Below, in pieces: positions 1 to 51,672 of a DNA stretch of 64,000 nucleotides (position 1 is the stretch's first letter; each line of letters begins with the position of its first letter). Location: contig OX597831.1 of assembly GCA_951406725.2 (NCBI GenBank), positions 31,682,001-31,746,000 of the forward strand. The letters run 5' to 3'. This DNA comes from Octopus vulgaris. Taxonomy: Eukaryota. Position numbers and translations under genes: made by a program. The notes below the pieces were generated by a model, which was not told where the DNA came from, did not search any database, and was given only the letters and a program-made list of their open reading frames with translations.

Positions 1-125
1 CAAATTACATTCCACGTTGATGTGCAATTTTTTTCTATTTTGGCACCATTTCTGTTTAGCCATTCCTGCTAGAATACCGTTTGTGCCTTCAATGTTCAGT
101 TAGAAGTCTTTATCAATGTACGTCC

Positions 126-544
126 TTGGATTTCAGAACAACCTGCTGTGCTTGAGGAGACCTATTGAGTCAAGTACATGAACATCGAAATAAATATCAA
201 TGGAAATAGTAGTTGTGATACCTGTGCCGGTGGCACGTAAAAAGCACCATCCGAACGTGGCCGATGCCAGCGCCGCCTTGACTGGCTTCTGTGCTGGTGG
301 CACGTAAAAAGCACCAGCCAATCATGGCCGCTGCCAGACTCCCCTGGCACCTGTGCTGGTGGCACGTAAAAAGCACCCACTACACTCACGGAGTGGTTGG
401 CGTTAGGAAGGGCATCCAGCTGTAGGAACACTGCCAGATCAGACTGGAGCCTGCTGCAGCCTCCTGGCTTCCCAGACCCCGGTCGAACCGTCCAACCAGT
501 GCTAGCACGGAAAACAGACGTTAAACGATGATGATGATGATGAT
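126..544 (+). mobile_element. RTE 3'UTR copy
   Basis: Nearly colinear with 31270-31668; ends GACGTTAAACGATGATGATG. Confidence 0.85.
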
Positions 545-975
545 CCATTCTCATCTTTTGCAGACTCCATGATTCTCCTTTATATAAAACCTTTTTACAA
601 ATATTTATGTTTTAAACATATTCCGTCTAATATCCTGGAAAGCGGACGTTAAACGATGATGATGATGATGATGATGAAGAAGATGGTGAGCTGGCAGAAC
701 TGTTAGCACACTGGATGAAATGCTTAGCAGTATTTCGTCTGCCGCTGCGTTCTGAGTTCAAATTCCGTTGGGGTCAACTTTGCCTTTCTTCCTTTTGAGG
801 TTGATGAAATGAGTACCTGTTATGCACTGGGGTCAAAGTAATTGACCCCTTCCCCAAATATTCAGGCCTTGTGCCTACAGTAGAAAGGATTATCATTATT
901 ATTATAATTCCTGAATTTCATTGTTGGTGTGTCATTCAATGGTATTGTCCCTTCCTCTTTAAATGGCTCTCTCAG

Positions 976-1044
976 ATGTTTTGCTTGAAGATGCCCTCAT
1001 CTTGTTTTAAGCTAATTATTGTAATTAAGGCCAATATAATTAAT
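976..1044 (+). CDS. Possible further exon of the plus-strand gene (MFCLKMPSSCFKLIIVIKANIIN)
   Basis: ctctctcag| ... |gtaaga; 69 nt, phase 0->0, compatible with 2263; short, so could be chance. Confidence 0.27.
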
Positions 1045-1245
1045 GTAAGACTTTCTTTTCCTAGAGTACTGCACTTTTTATGCATATTAATAGGATTGTA
1101 GTATTTTTTCTGTTTTCACAGTGTCCTCCCCAACCACCTGGTCCCAGGTTCAGTTTCACTGTACAGCACCTTGGGCAAGTGTCTTCTACTATAGCCCTGG
1201 GCTGACCAAAGTGGATTTGGATGACAAGAACTGAAATAAGCCCAT

Positions 1246-1319
<74 letters not shown>

Positions 1320-1701
1320 CTGGTGCCACATAAACTGCACTCATGCCAATGCTGCATAAATGCACCCATGCCAGTGGCACGTAAAAAGCACCCAGCACAC
1401 ACACACCCTGCGAAGTGGTTGGTGTTAGAAAGGGCATCCAACTATAGAAACGATGCCAAAACAGGCAACTGGAGTCCGGACAGCTCCCTGGCTGGCCAAC
1501 TGCTGTCAAACCGTCCAACACATGCCAGCATGCGAAGTGGACAGTAAATGATGATGATGGTTGGTCGGTCTACATTACTTTGTAAGGAGTACAGGACCAC
1601 TTTCCCAGTTTCTCTGGCATATACCCGCCCCCAGAAGGGACACTGGTCTATCGCAGAGTTACTCCTTTTCACCAGCTGAGTGGACTGGAGCAATGTGAAG
1701 T

Positions 1702-1887
1702 TAAGTTAATTTTTTGGCTCAAAAAGCAAAAAGCAAGGCCATGTAGGAGAACATGGAGTTATGTACAGGGTGGTGTTCATGCAAAGAGTTCAGGCCATTT
1801 CTGGTCAAGGGAGACTTTGAACCGAGCAGTTGTCGGCATCTTCACTATCTCATCCAGCAGCCTATTCCACGGATCCGCAACCCGGAA
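1702..1887 (-). mobile_element. CR1-type LINE 3' end inserted into a SINE
   Basis: FRVADPWNRLLDEIVKMPTTARFKVSLDQKWPELFA*; flanked by a GTGAAGT duplication; interrupts SINE ~1570-1970. Confidence 0.65.
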
Positions 1888-2262
1888 GTGAAGTGTTTTG
1901 CTCAAGGAACCACCATCTTACAGTCATGAATCAAAGGCCCTAACCACTAAGCCATGTGCCTCCACACATACTCATGTGAATGTGTATGTGTATCACCTTG
2001 TCTTGACATCTTGTGATAGTCATACAAATGAAGTCATACAAATGGTGTTTGTTTCCACTCTTCCCTGAAAAATATGTCAGGCCACAGAATATTTGTCTCA
2101 ACGAATTCTATCCAAACCATTCAAGCATAGAAGAGTGAACATTAAAAGCAATTTTGATGACTTTTTGCCCCACTCACTTCTTCCTCACATCACCCATTTT
2201 GTATCTAATCCCAACTGCACCACGTCTCTCACTTATCCTTGCACTTGGTTCCGTCTTCGCAG

Positions 2263-2390
2263 GATGTCCATTTCTGGAACTGCCTCTATTCATGTCTTGA
2301 TGAGAGCAACATTAATAGCATTGACATCTCACCAACCAGGAAGGGCCTGAAAAAAGCCAAGGGCTCTGCCCATTCCTCCAGAACCAGCAA
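2263..2390 (+). CDS. Possible upstream exon of the plus-strand gene (DVHFWNCLYSCLDESNINSIDISPTRKGLKKAKGSAHSSRTS)
   Basis: Acceptor ccgtcttcgcag|, open frame of 128 nt, ends phase 2 matching exon 3427; the donor gtaaaa is weak. Confidence 0.38.
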
Positions 2391-2552
2391 GTAAAAAGAA
2401 AAAAACATTTTCGTTCTACAAATTCACTGAGGTCAATTCTGACCCTAATACCTTCAGGGGTCAATGGAATAAAGCTTGTTGTGTTTGGGTTTCTCTTACA
2501 GAAATTCAAAACCTTTTGCCCAATTCAGAAACCATTATTATTGTTGTTGTTA

Positions 2553-3400
2553 AAGCAGCAAGCTTGCAGAAGTATTAACATGTCAGACAAAGTGCTTGGC
2601 AGCAACATTTCGTTCACCTTTACATCCTGAGTTCAAATTCCATAAAGGTTGACTTTGCCTTTCATCCTTTCAAGGTTGATAACATCAGTACCAGTTGTAT
2701 ACTAGGGTCAATGTAATCAATTAATGTCTGCCCCCACCCCCAAATTACTGGCCTTGTGCCAAAATTTGGGACTATTAACATTGTTGTTATAAAAGCATTG
2801 AGCTGGCAGAACCATTAGCATGGCAGGCAAAGTGCTTATGTTTTGAGTTCGAATTTTGCTGAGGTCTGCTTTGCTTTTCATCTTCTTGGGGTCAATAAAA
2901 TAAGCTCCAGTTGTGTTCTCAGAGCAATGTAATTGACTAGACCCTCCACACAAAATTTCATGCTTTGTTCCTATATAGAAAGCATTATTATGGCAGTGAG
3001 CTGACAGAATCATTAGCAGACTGGGTGAAATGCTCAGTGGTATTTCATTTGCCACTACGTCCTGAGTTCAAATTCCATCAAGGTCGACTTTGCATTTGTC
3101 CTTTTTTTTTGGGTGGGGGTCAATAAATTAAGTACCAGTCAAATACTGGGGTCAATGTAATCGGCTATCCCCCTCCCCACAAATTCCAGGCCTTGTGCAC
3201 ATTGGACACAATGCTTCACAGCATTTCATTCATCTTTATGTTCTGAGTTCAAATTCCGCTGAGGTCAGCTATGCCTTTTATTCTTTCAGGATCAATGAAA
3301 TAAGTACCAGTCATGTGCTGGGATCAACATAATCGACTAGCTCCCTCAACCAAAATTTCAGGCCTTGTGCCAACAGTAAAAGGGATTATCATGGTTATGA
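2553..3400 (+). mobile_element. Head-to-tail cluster of ~4 degenerate SINE family B copies
   Basis: Repeated GAGCTGGCAGAA...GAGTTCAAATTCC...AAGTACCAG...GGCCTTGTGC units separated by (TTA/TTG)n. Confidence 0.8.
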
Positions 3401-3426
3401 TTATTATTATTATTTCTCTTTACCAG

Positions 3427-3575
3427 GTGTGCTTTTTGTATTTTCGTGAATGATTCCCGTATTTGGTTGATGGTTTCAAACACAAAGCCAAGCAACTGGA
3501 CCACACTTTCACAAGACAACCGTCACTCAATCTGGTATTTAGAAGAAGGCAAAAAAGCTGATGGCAATCCTGAAG
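3427..3575 (+). CDS. Internal exon of an unidentified plus-strand gene (CAFCIFVNDSRIWLMVSNTKPSNWTTLSQDNRHSIWYLEEGKKADGNPE)
   Basis: Pyrimidine-rich acceptor tttctctttaccag|, strong donor AAG|gtaaga, open frame, non-repetitive; phase 2->1 fits the exon at 6128. Confidence 0.6.
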
Positions 3576-3688
3576 GTAAGAACAAAGCTTTATGCACCTT
3601 AAAACTTTTATTCCCTACTAAATTGGCAATTAATCCCTTCATAGTGTGTGTATTCATGTTTGTATGAGAATATATCAGTGTATTTAAA

Positions 3689-3745
<57 letters not shown>

Positions 3746-3955
3746 ATTTACTTATAAGGATAAAATTTTTTATCAGTGGCCAGCATATTAAAATACCTTT
3801 TTAAGGTGAAAATTATAAACAATTATATTTTCTTTCCCATTATGCCATATTTATAGTGAAAAATATTGTATGTGGTTAGACAGTCTAAAGTCTATTTTTC
3901 AGCATATTGGCATAAAAAAGTTTTTCCTTTTTCCCTTATATATATATATATAAAT

Positions 3956-4281
3956 ATGTGAAGGCATGTGGCTTAGTGGTTAAGGCATTTGGCTTACAAT
4001 TGTAAGGTCCTGAGTTCAATCTCTGGCAATGCTTTGTGTCTTTGAGCAAGACACTTTATTTCCTGTTGCTCCAGTCCACTCAGCTGACAAAAATGAGTAG
4101 TACCCGTATTTCAAAGGGCCAGCCTTGTCACACTCTGTGTCATGTTGAATATCCCTGAGAACTGCTTTAAGGGTACACATGTCTGTGGAGTGCTCAGCCA
4201 TTTGCATGTTAATTTCACAAGCAAGTTGTTCTGTTGATCTTATCAGCTGGGACCCTTGTCGTCATAAATGACAGAGTGCTC
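3956..4281 (+). mobile_element. tRNA-derived SINE family C
   Basis: A box TGGCTTAGTGG, B box GAGTTCAATC, TTGAGCAAGACAC core; 3' half shared with 37811-38158. Confidence 0.8.
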
Positions 4282-4379
4282 GTATGTATATATATATATG
4301 TCTGTATTTGTTATATGCGATAGATGCCTTATCAGAGTAAAGCAGCCATCAATGTATCCTACATAAATGGGTATATATC

Positions 4380-5270
4380 ATCATCATCATCATCATCATA
4401 CGTCTGTTGTCCATGCTGGTTTGGGTTGAACGATTTGACCAGGGCTGGCAAGCTGAAAGGTTGCACCAGACTTCAGTCTGATCTGGCATGGTTTCTATGG
4501 CTGGATGTCCTTCCAAATGCCAACCATTCTGAAAGTGTAATGAGTGTTTTTACGTACAATTGGCACAGGTGCCATTTGCGTGACACCAATATCTGCCATG
4601 ACTGTGATTATACTTGGCTTGATGTGTTTTCTTCTCAATCATGACATAATGCCAAAGGTCTGGGTCATTGCCTATGAGGTGCTACACTCAAAAAGAACTC
4701 AGCCACTTTGCCTCTGTGAGGCCCAACACTAGGAAGGAATTTGGCCACTTTGCCTTCATGAGGCCCAATGCTCAAAAAGTGCTCTTTATGTGCCACTGGT
4801 ATGGGTGCCAGTTACATGACACCAGCGTCAGTCACGACTGTGATTTCATTTGGCTTGATGGCTCTTTTCAAGCACAGCATATCACTAAAGGTCTTGATCA
4901 CCAGTCATTGCCTCTGTGAGGTCCAAAATTTCTAAGATCATGCTTCACCACCTCGTCCCATGTCTTCCTGGGTCTACCTCTTCCACAGGCTCCCTCCGCA
5001 GTTAGGGATCGGCTTTTCTTTACGCAGCTGTCCTTGTCCATACGCATCACATCACCATACCAACGCAGTCGTCTCTCTTGCATACCACATCTGATGCCTC
5101 TTATGCCTAACTTTTCTTTCAAGATGCTTACACTCTGTCGTGTATACACACTGACATTGCATATCCAGCGAAGCATACTGGCTTCATTTCTTTCAAGCCT
5201 ACACATGTTCTCAGCTGTCATAACCCATGTTTCACTGCCATGTAGCATAGCTGTTCGCATACAGGTATCA
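4380..5270 (-). mobile_element. RTE LINE 3' fragment with 3'UTR and (GAT)n tail
   Basis: MLHGSETW...RLRWYG...GRGRPRKTWDEVVKHDLR, followed by the family 3'UTR and (TCA)n. Confidence 0.88.
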
Positions 5271-6127
5271 TACAATCATATATGCATGCATATAGACCTC
5301 TGTGTGTGTGGGCATGGGGTGTTTGTTTCTTTTTTACATAACATACATATAAATACAAATACGTATATACATGTATAATATATGTATAGGCATATACACG
5401 AAACACACAAAAAACACATGCCCACACAAATGTGCACACACATGCACAAATACAAATGCTAGATCATGCACACCAGCATACCCAAGCAAATGCATGCACA
5501 TGCATGTTTGTGTGCACTGATTTGCATTTTACTGTGTGCACTTGTAATCACAACTTCCATCATATGTTTGCATGCACATGAGTTCACAGGCTTGTATGTG
5601 TTGTGCACCTTTGCATATTCTGCTGTGCACTTGAACGCATGTGCAAGTTTGCGTACACGTTCACGTGTGTGTGTGTGTGATATTAAAGCCAAGTGAAACT
5701 GTAATTGTGGCCAATGCTGGTGTTATGTAACTAGCACCTACACTGGTGGCATGTAAAGGACACCCACCACACTCTTGGAATGGTTGGCATTAGGAAGGTC
5801 ACCAAGCTGTAGGAACCATGCCAAACCAGACTGGAACCTGGTGCAGCTCTCTGGCTTGCCATCTCTGGTCAAACCATCCGACCCATGCCAGCATGGAAAG
5901 AAGACACTAAATGATGAAAGGATATATATATAAAACACCAATTTGAGAGGAATAAAATGGCACAAGTTTTTGAATATATTTACCTGGTTTAAATAAAAAA
6001 AAACCCCAGTTTACTGCAATAATTGATAAAGGTTTTCATATAATCACTTAAGACACCTGGATTGTTTCCCCTTCAGAAGTGGGTCTGCTGCTCTTTTATG
6101 TCTAAAGATCAAATATTTGTGTTTCAG

Positions 6128-6174
6128 ATTATTTGGTAAAAGCTGACAGCATGACTATCTATGTTCAACTTTAG
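6128..6174 (+). CDS. Putative terminal coding exon of the same plus-strand gene (DYLVKADSMTIYVQL*)
   Basis: Acceptor tttgtgtttcag|, phase 1 compatible, TAG at 6172-6174; AATAAA downstream at 6595 and 6706. Confidence 0.5.
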
Positions 6175-6260
6175 TGAAATGGAAATGGTACCTGCTGGAG
6201 CTGATGGAATGGCAAATGAAGAAGATAAGGAGGCCTACCATTTCTGTCCCGCACCATTGA

Positions 6261-6294
<34 letters not shown>

Positions 6295-6849
6295 CATATA
6301 CACACACACACAAATATATATCTTTGCATACATGCATAAATGGGAAGATACAATCTCATGCATTTGTGTGTGTATGTACATTTGTATGTATGTATATGTG
6401 TGTGGCTTAGAAAGGTCTTTGGCCATTATTGACCCAAGCATCCATGTCTAAATGACAGCATATGAGTCATGTGTCAGGACTCAAACAAGGAGTTTGTTAT
6501 TCACAAAGACGACCCCCAAGTGTCAGTGGTTTGAGGTTGGATCTAAGAATAGATCCAGAACGATCACAATACGATATATATCATATTAGTCTGTAATAAA
6601 CAAGGACATTTAACATATGTTTTGTTACAGTTTAGATTATTAAGATTCCGGAATGTATTTTATATGTCTGCAGCTGATATATGTCAATGGTAAGTTAATT
6701 CATGAAATAAAATCATTATATTCTGCGGTCAAATGCATAGAATTTTTTTTTTCTGATGCAAGATAACTTCATGACTAAGAATACCTCAAGTGTCTTGTCT
6801 CCGTCTATGCATATCTTTGTGTGTACGTAATGTAAATGATCAGTGGCAA

Positions 6850-7380
6850 GGTATATGTATGTATATATGTATGCATGTATATATATATAAACATACATAC
6901 ATACATATATATATACATATATGTATACGTATATACGCGTACACGTATATACGTGTATACATGTACACGTATACATATATATGTGTACATGTATATATAT
7001 ATCATCGTTTAAATATATATATATATATGCATACATATATATACACACACATAAATACATATATATTTGTGTATGTATATATGTGTGTGTGTATATGTGT
7101 GTGTATATATATGTGTGTGTATATATGTGTGTGTGTGTGTATATATATTTGTGTATATATATACACACATAAATATATATACATACACACACACATAAAT
7201 TATATATATACACACACACACACAAATATATATATACACAGAGATACATGCATGTTTATATATATGTATGGGGACACGCCATACATATAGAAACGCATTC
7301 AAACAAATACACACACTTAATAACACAGGTACACATATACAAGCACGCACGCACACACACACACACACATATATACACAA
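6850..7380. repeat. Compound (TA)/(CA)/(TG) microsatellite between the two convergent genes
   Basis: ~530 bp of alternating purine-pyrimidine repeats. Confidence 0.95.
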
Positions 7381-8562
7381 GCACCACTAAACTACTTGTC
7401 CAAAGTCGCTGTTGAAATAGTGTCATGTCTAAACAAGCTGCCACCTGACTTATTGATCTCTCTATGTCAAGTGTTGAACTGCTAACAACATTATTAGCTT
7501 TCTTACGCGATACTAATTAACACACAAACATAAATCTTTTAACGTGTCTCAAACCAGCCAACCAATAAAACACGCTTTAGACCAAATCCTGTTTCACAAA
7601 TGTCATTGAGTCATGTCAATATGTACTCAATATGCTTTACAGCGTGGCGAGCTAGCGGAATTGTTAGCTTGCCAGGCGAAATGCTTAGTGGTATTTCATT
7701 TTTCTATTATGTTCTGAGTTCAAATTCCTCCAAGGTCGACTTTGCCTTTCATCCTTTCGGGATTGATTAAATAAGTACCAGTTATGCACCGGGGTCGATG
7801 TAATTGACTTAATCCCCTCTGTTTAGCTCACTGTCAGCAATAAAGAAATAAATATATTGTAGGTGAGCTGGCAGAATTGATAGCATGCTGGGCGAAATGC
7901 TTAGCAATTTTTCATCTGCCATTATGTGCTGAGTTCAAATTCTGCTGAGGTCGATGTAGATGCGAAGCAAATTTTTTAACCTCACAGCCACCAATTTGTA
8001 AATTGTTAAACAACTACCGACACTGCATCCTAAAGGGTTTTGGCTTTTTCTTGTCCGCCAGAAAACAATTCCTGGCTTTCAACAAGGGTTCAATTCCTTC
8101 TCAGAGTATTTCTTTGTATAACTTTCCTGAAAGTGATAAAACATTTAAAATGAAAACCATAATCCTTTCTACTTATAAAGATCTCTTTTATATCCAGAAT
8201 AAGCTATCTTTACACATATATACACACATACACACAAAGTGTTAGTCATCTATCAATAGGTATATACAAAATAACGCTCCAGAGAGAAAGGCATAAACGA
8301 CTTCACAAGGTAAGCCTCTGGAGTGGCAACCGCTCTTGGTAGTGGTGGTCATTTCTTTACACTGCAACCAGCCCTGGGAGATGAATGAATGTCACACCCT
8401 CACATTCTTACATATAAATATGTTGCCTTGTGTCAATGTTATGTACAATAAGGTAAGGAAGGTAGACACTTTGTTTACAATCCATTGATGTGTTTACAGT
8501 AGAGGTCATGGGTGGAGTGGAATGAGAAGTAAAATAGTTGATGAGCAAGGTGTGAGAGAGTT

Positions 8563-47504
<38,942 letters not shown>

Positions 47505-47620
47505 CTTAAATCAATAAAATGGTCAATATTATAAATCAGTAGTAGAAGTAATTATATAAAATTATTCAGTGGAAATAAATGAATTTATTTTAACATTTGT
47601 TTCCAAAATTCATATCAAAA

Positions 47621-47653
47621 CAGGAAATACGTAGTTCCCAGAATGCAATAGCG
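47621..47653. promoter_or_regulatory. DHX8 proximal promoter motifs: ETS-like CAGGAAAT and Staf/ZNF143-like TTCCCAGAATGCAATAGCG
   Basis: About 120-150 bp upstream of the ATG; matches the ZNF143 core TTCCCAnnATGCA common at housekeeping promoters. Confidence 0.5.
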
Positions 47654-47849
47654 GTGTAATAGGAAAAAAAATCTCTGACTTAAAATATTACTGTTTTCAC
47701 AAGGAATAATTCTTCCGGATATTTTTTTCACAACGGGATATGTTTTTCTCTATAGACAAATATAGAATTGGTTAATGTACAGTTTAACAGGCGGTCATCA
47801 AAACAAAAGGAAAAAAACCAGTCTAATTGGTGTAAAAACAAAGTGTAGA

Positions 47850-49243
47850 GAACGAATATGAAAGCAAAAAATTGCGCAAACGAACGGGGGGTGGGGGTGA
47901 GAAGAGAACTTTCCGAAAATTCACACGATCCGATTTTTCCCACATAACTTTCAGGAAAATGGATATATAGTAATGAAATTTTACAGAAATACCTTTCAAA
48001 CGGCATAGATTACGGTTATAAAGAAATTTGTGAGGAAAATGTTTTCAGAAGGGGTGGGGAGAGGACTTTCGGAAAATTCACAGGATCCGCTTTTTCCCCC
48101 TCATAACTTTCAGGATCTAGTTTAGCACGCGGTCACACACACAAAAAAAAAAAATTGTATAGAAACGAATATGAAAACAAAAATTTGCGTAATTGTTTTT
48201 CACCACAGCCTTCGAAATGATGGGGAGCATCTTTTTATGAAAAAACGGTTTGGAAAATTTATGATTTTTTTTTTTACTCTCCTCCGCAATTAATGATGAT
48301 ACCACACGACCACACGCGTATTCCATCGACAAAAAAAATGGTAATATAAATTTCAAGCGAGGACGTGTGTTTGTGTAAGAAAAACACATTTTCTAACAGA
48401 AAAGTATGCAATTAAAACTAAATATCTTCTAAATACCTATTTTTAAAAAATCACTGTGGATAAATGCCAGAAATGACCTCAGGCTCTCCAGTGTTTTAAA
48501 TTATAACCAGAAACAATCAGGGGCGGGGAGTGGGGTTAAAAAAAATTAATTTTTCAAATTTTTTTAAACGCATAAATGTGTTTATGGGGAGAAAAATATT
48601 GAAGAACATCAATACATAGTACAGTGAGAACGAAACGAGGAGGGTTGCCTTGGGATGTGCTAGAAACGACAGCCAGATCTCCCTTAAATCACACTTTTTC
48701 CTCTGAAAATATATACATTTTTTTTTTTACTGAAAAGGTGCCTGCGGAATAGATCCTTTAAGTGCAAAACACTGGCCAAAATCGGTCCGGAGGAAGGTTG
48801 GAGGGGAGTAAAACAACAATGAACTTAAGTGGTCTTCCCGATCCGAAACACTGATTTTCGAAACTCCTCTCCCCCGCCCACACTCTGGAAAAAATTTCCC
48901 TCACAAATTTCTTTATAATCGTAATCTATGCCGTTTGAAAGGTATTTCTATAAAATTTCACAAAAAGATATCCATTTTCCTGAAAGTTGTGAGGGAAAAA
49001 ATTGGATCGTGTGAATTTTCCGAAACTCCTTTCCCGACCTCTCCGGAAAACATTTTCTCCACAAATTTCTTTATAATTGTAATCTATGCCATTTGAAAGG
49101 TATTTCTATAAAATTTAATTAAAAGATATCCATTTTCCTGAAAGTTGTGAGGGAAAAAATTGGATCGTGTGAATTTTCCGAAAGCCCTCTTCCCACCCCC
49201 CTCCCCGTTCGTTTGCGCAAATTACTGCTTTCATATTCGTTTT
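47850..49243. repeat. Inverted pair of a ~160-bp-unit repeat family upstream of DHX8
   Basis: 47850-48115 is the reverse complement of ~48975-49243; unit ...TTTGAAAGGTATTTCTATAAAATTTC...GGATCGTGTGAATTTTC recurs at 59200-59960. Confidence 0.8.
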
Positions 49244-49274
49244 CGACACATTGCTTTTACACCTATTGACTCTC

Positions 49275-49499
49275 TCTTTACTCTTTACTCTTTTACTTGT
49301 TTCAGTCATTTGACTGCGGCCATGCTGGAGCACCGCCTTTAATCGAGCAACTCGACCCCGGGACTTATTCTTTTTGTAAGCCCAGTACTTATTCTATCGG
49401 TCTCTTTTGCCGAACCGCTAAGTAACGGGGACGTAAACACACCAGCATCGGTTGTCAAGCAATGCTAGGAGGACAAACACAGACACACAAACACACACA

Positions 49500-49560
<61 letters not shown>

Positions 49561-49720
49561 GGCGGGCTTCTTTCAGTTTCCGTCTACCAATTCCACTCAC
49601 AAGGCTTTGGTCGGCCCGAGGCTATGGTAGAAGACACTTGCCCAAGGTGCCACGCAGTGGGACTGAACCCGGAACCATGTGGTTGGTAAACAAGCTACTT
49701 ACCACACAGCCACTCCTCCG
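49275..49720 (-). mobile_element. SINE family A copy
   Basis: Reverse complement of 51271-51672 with an expanded (TA)n. Confidence 0.88.
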
Positions 49721-50140
49721 ACTGTTTCTTTTACTTTTTTCTTTTTTTTTTTTGGTGACCAGGTTTTAAACTATTAACCGAATTTATTTTACCCTTAAAC
49801 CTGAAACAAACAGGAAGTGCTATTTTAGTTATATAGCACTGAGAAAAAAAATTAATGTGGTTTAACTTTTTCTATCGTTGCTACAACAACTTCGCGTCTT
49901 CTGAACGTATTCTAAATATTCTCTTCACCCAGTCCACTGAACCCTGCTGTCTCCCTTGCTGTCTCAGTTTCAGAAATCTCATGCTAAATACTTTTCCCAC
50001 CCATTTCTTCTAAAGTACTGTACTTCACTGAAACTTCGTCTCTGTCCATGTTTATTTCCATTAAAACAAACTTTTTGTATTTCGTTTTTGGATTTGGTTC
50101 GCAAGATTCTTTATGCGAGTTCGTGTGTTGAAGCATATTC

Positions 50141-50387
50141 TGTTGTGTCTGAGGAGAGTAATTTTCTTTTTGTGCCTTATAATATAACATACTCACCGGT
50201 AAAATTTCCACTTTTTTCTTATTTTTATTGTCCTAAAATTTTAGTTTTGAGTCAAAACTATTGAAAAGGTTGCAAGATGCAACGAAAATTTTAGGACAAT
50301 AAAAATAAGAAAAAAGTGGAAATTTTACCGGTGAGTATTGTTATAATATAAGGCACAAAAAGAAAATGACTCTTCCCAGACACAACA
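50141..50387. repeat. ~100-bp inverted repeat / foldback
   Basis: TGTTGTGTCTG...ACTCACCGGTAAAATTTCCAC...TCCTAAAATTTT mirrored at ~50285-50387; ~42-nt spacer. Confidence 0.9.
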
Positions 50388-50622
50388 AAACTTTTTGTAA
50401 ATGTTGAAACAAAACCTCAATAACTACAGTTTGCTACCCCACCCACTTGCTTTCTTCATAACTTTCTGAAGAATGCAAGTGTTTTAGTGAAATCTTACGG
50501 AGATGTTTTCTCGAGGGTGTAGATTGCCGTTATCATTTATCTTTTACTTGTTTCAGCCATTAGACTGCGGCCATGCTGGGGCACCGCCTTGAAGAGTTTT
50601 AGTCGAACGAATCGAAACCAGT

Positions 50623-50790
50623 CACCAGCGTAGCTAGAGTATGTGCCGCCGGGGGCGGCTCTTCCGTCTGCCGCCCCGGGACCCCACAAAAAACCACATA
50701 TTACCTACAGCAGATCCAAAAGTAGTGCCCCTTTAAAAGTACCACCCAGGGGCGGACTACCTCTACTGCCCCACCCCATCCACGCTAGTG
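50623..50790. mobile_element. hAT-like MITE nested in a SINE
   Basis: TIRs CACCAGCGTAG / CCACGCTAGTG; perfect 8-bp TSD AAACCAGT (50615-50622, 50791-50798). Confidence 0.8.
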
Positions 50791-51270
50791 AAACCAGTAC
50801 TTATTTTTCTTTAAAGCTTGGTACTTATTTTATCAATTTCTATTGCCGAACCGCTAAGTTACAGAGACGTAAACACGCCAACACCAGTTGTGAAGCAGTG
50901 GTGGGGTAACTAACACACACACACACGACTGGCTTCTTTCAGTTCTGTCTCTACTAAATCCACTTACAGGTTTTGGTTGGTCCGAGGTTGTAGTAGAACA
51001 CACTTGCCCAAGGTGCCATTTAGTGGGACTGAACCCGGAACCATGTGGTTAGGAAGCAAATTTCTTACCACACAGCCACACAACATTTAAAGCATTTTTT
51101 TTTTTGCGTCCCTCTCGACTTTGTTTCCTCATAACTCTCTTTCTAAATCATATTTTTAAATGACAAGTTTTCAAGAGTACAGATTATGTATTGTTGATGC
51201 TTCGAACTCAGAAAACCTGTGGGGGCTGGGGAGAAGGAAAATGTTTAAGTTAAGGAATTTGTTAACAAAT

Positions 51271-51672
51271 AGGCGCAGGAGTGGCTGTGTGGTAAGTAGC
51301 TTGCTTACCAACGACATGATTCCGGGTTCAGTCCCACTGCGTGGCACCTTGGGCAAGTGTCTTCTGCTATAGCCTCGGGCCGACCAATGCCTTGTGAGTA
51401 GATTTGGTAGACGGAAACTGAAAGAAGCCTGTCGTATATATGTATGTATGTATGTGTGTGTATATGCTTGTTTGTCTGTGTTTGTCCCCCTAGCATTGCT
51501 TGACAACCGATGCTGGTGAGTTTACGTCCCCGTCACTTAGCGGTTCGGCAAAAGAAACCGATAGAATAAGTACTGGGCTTACAAAGAATAAGTCCCGGGG
51601 TCGATTTGCTCGACTAAAGGCGGTGCCCCAGCATGGCCGCAGTCAAATGAGTGAAACAAGTAAAAAATAAAG
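51271..51672 (+). mobile_element. tRNA-derived SINE family A (full length)
   Basis: A box TGGCTGTGTGGT, B box GGTTCAGTCC, CCTTGGGCAAGT core, internal (TA/TG)n, tail GAAACAAGTAAAA; other copies at 14427-14826(+), 22213-22598(-), 37167-37555(-), 49275-49720(-), 50540-51080(-), 54766-55168(-), 60868-61254(-). Confidence 0.9.

Noticed and set aside
1122-1147. Apparent micro-exon CPPQPPGPR
   Set aside because: Overlaps the truncated head of SINE family A; the donor is SINE sequence.
6716-7444. Long Y/I/H/T/C/V-rich ORFs (up to 177 aa)
   Set aside because: Translations of TA/CA microsatellites; the same applies to similar ORFs at 1061-1547, 29864-30169, 49418-49769 and 57409-57921.
51271-51345. 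tRNA gene-like A/B boxes (also at 3960, 37811)
   Set aside because: They are SINE heads followed by SINE bodies, with no complete cloverleaf.
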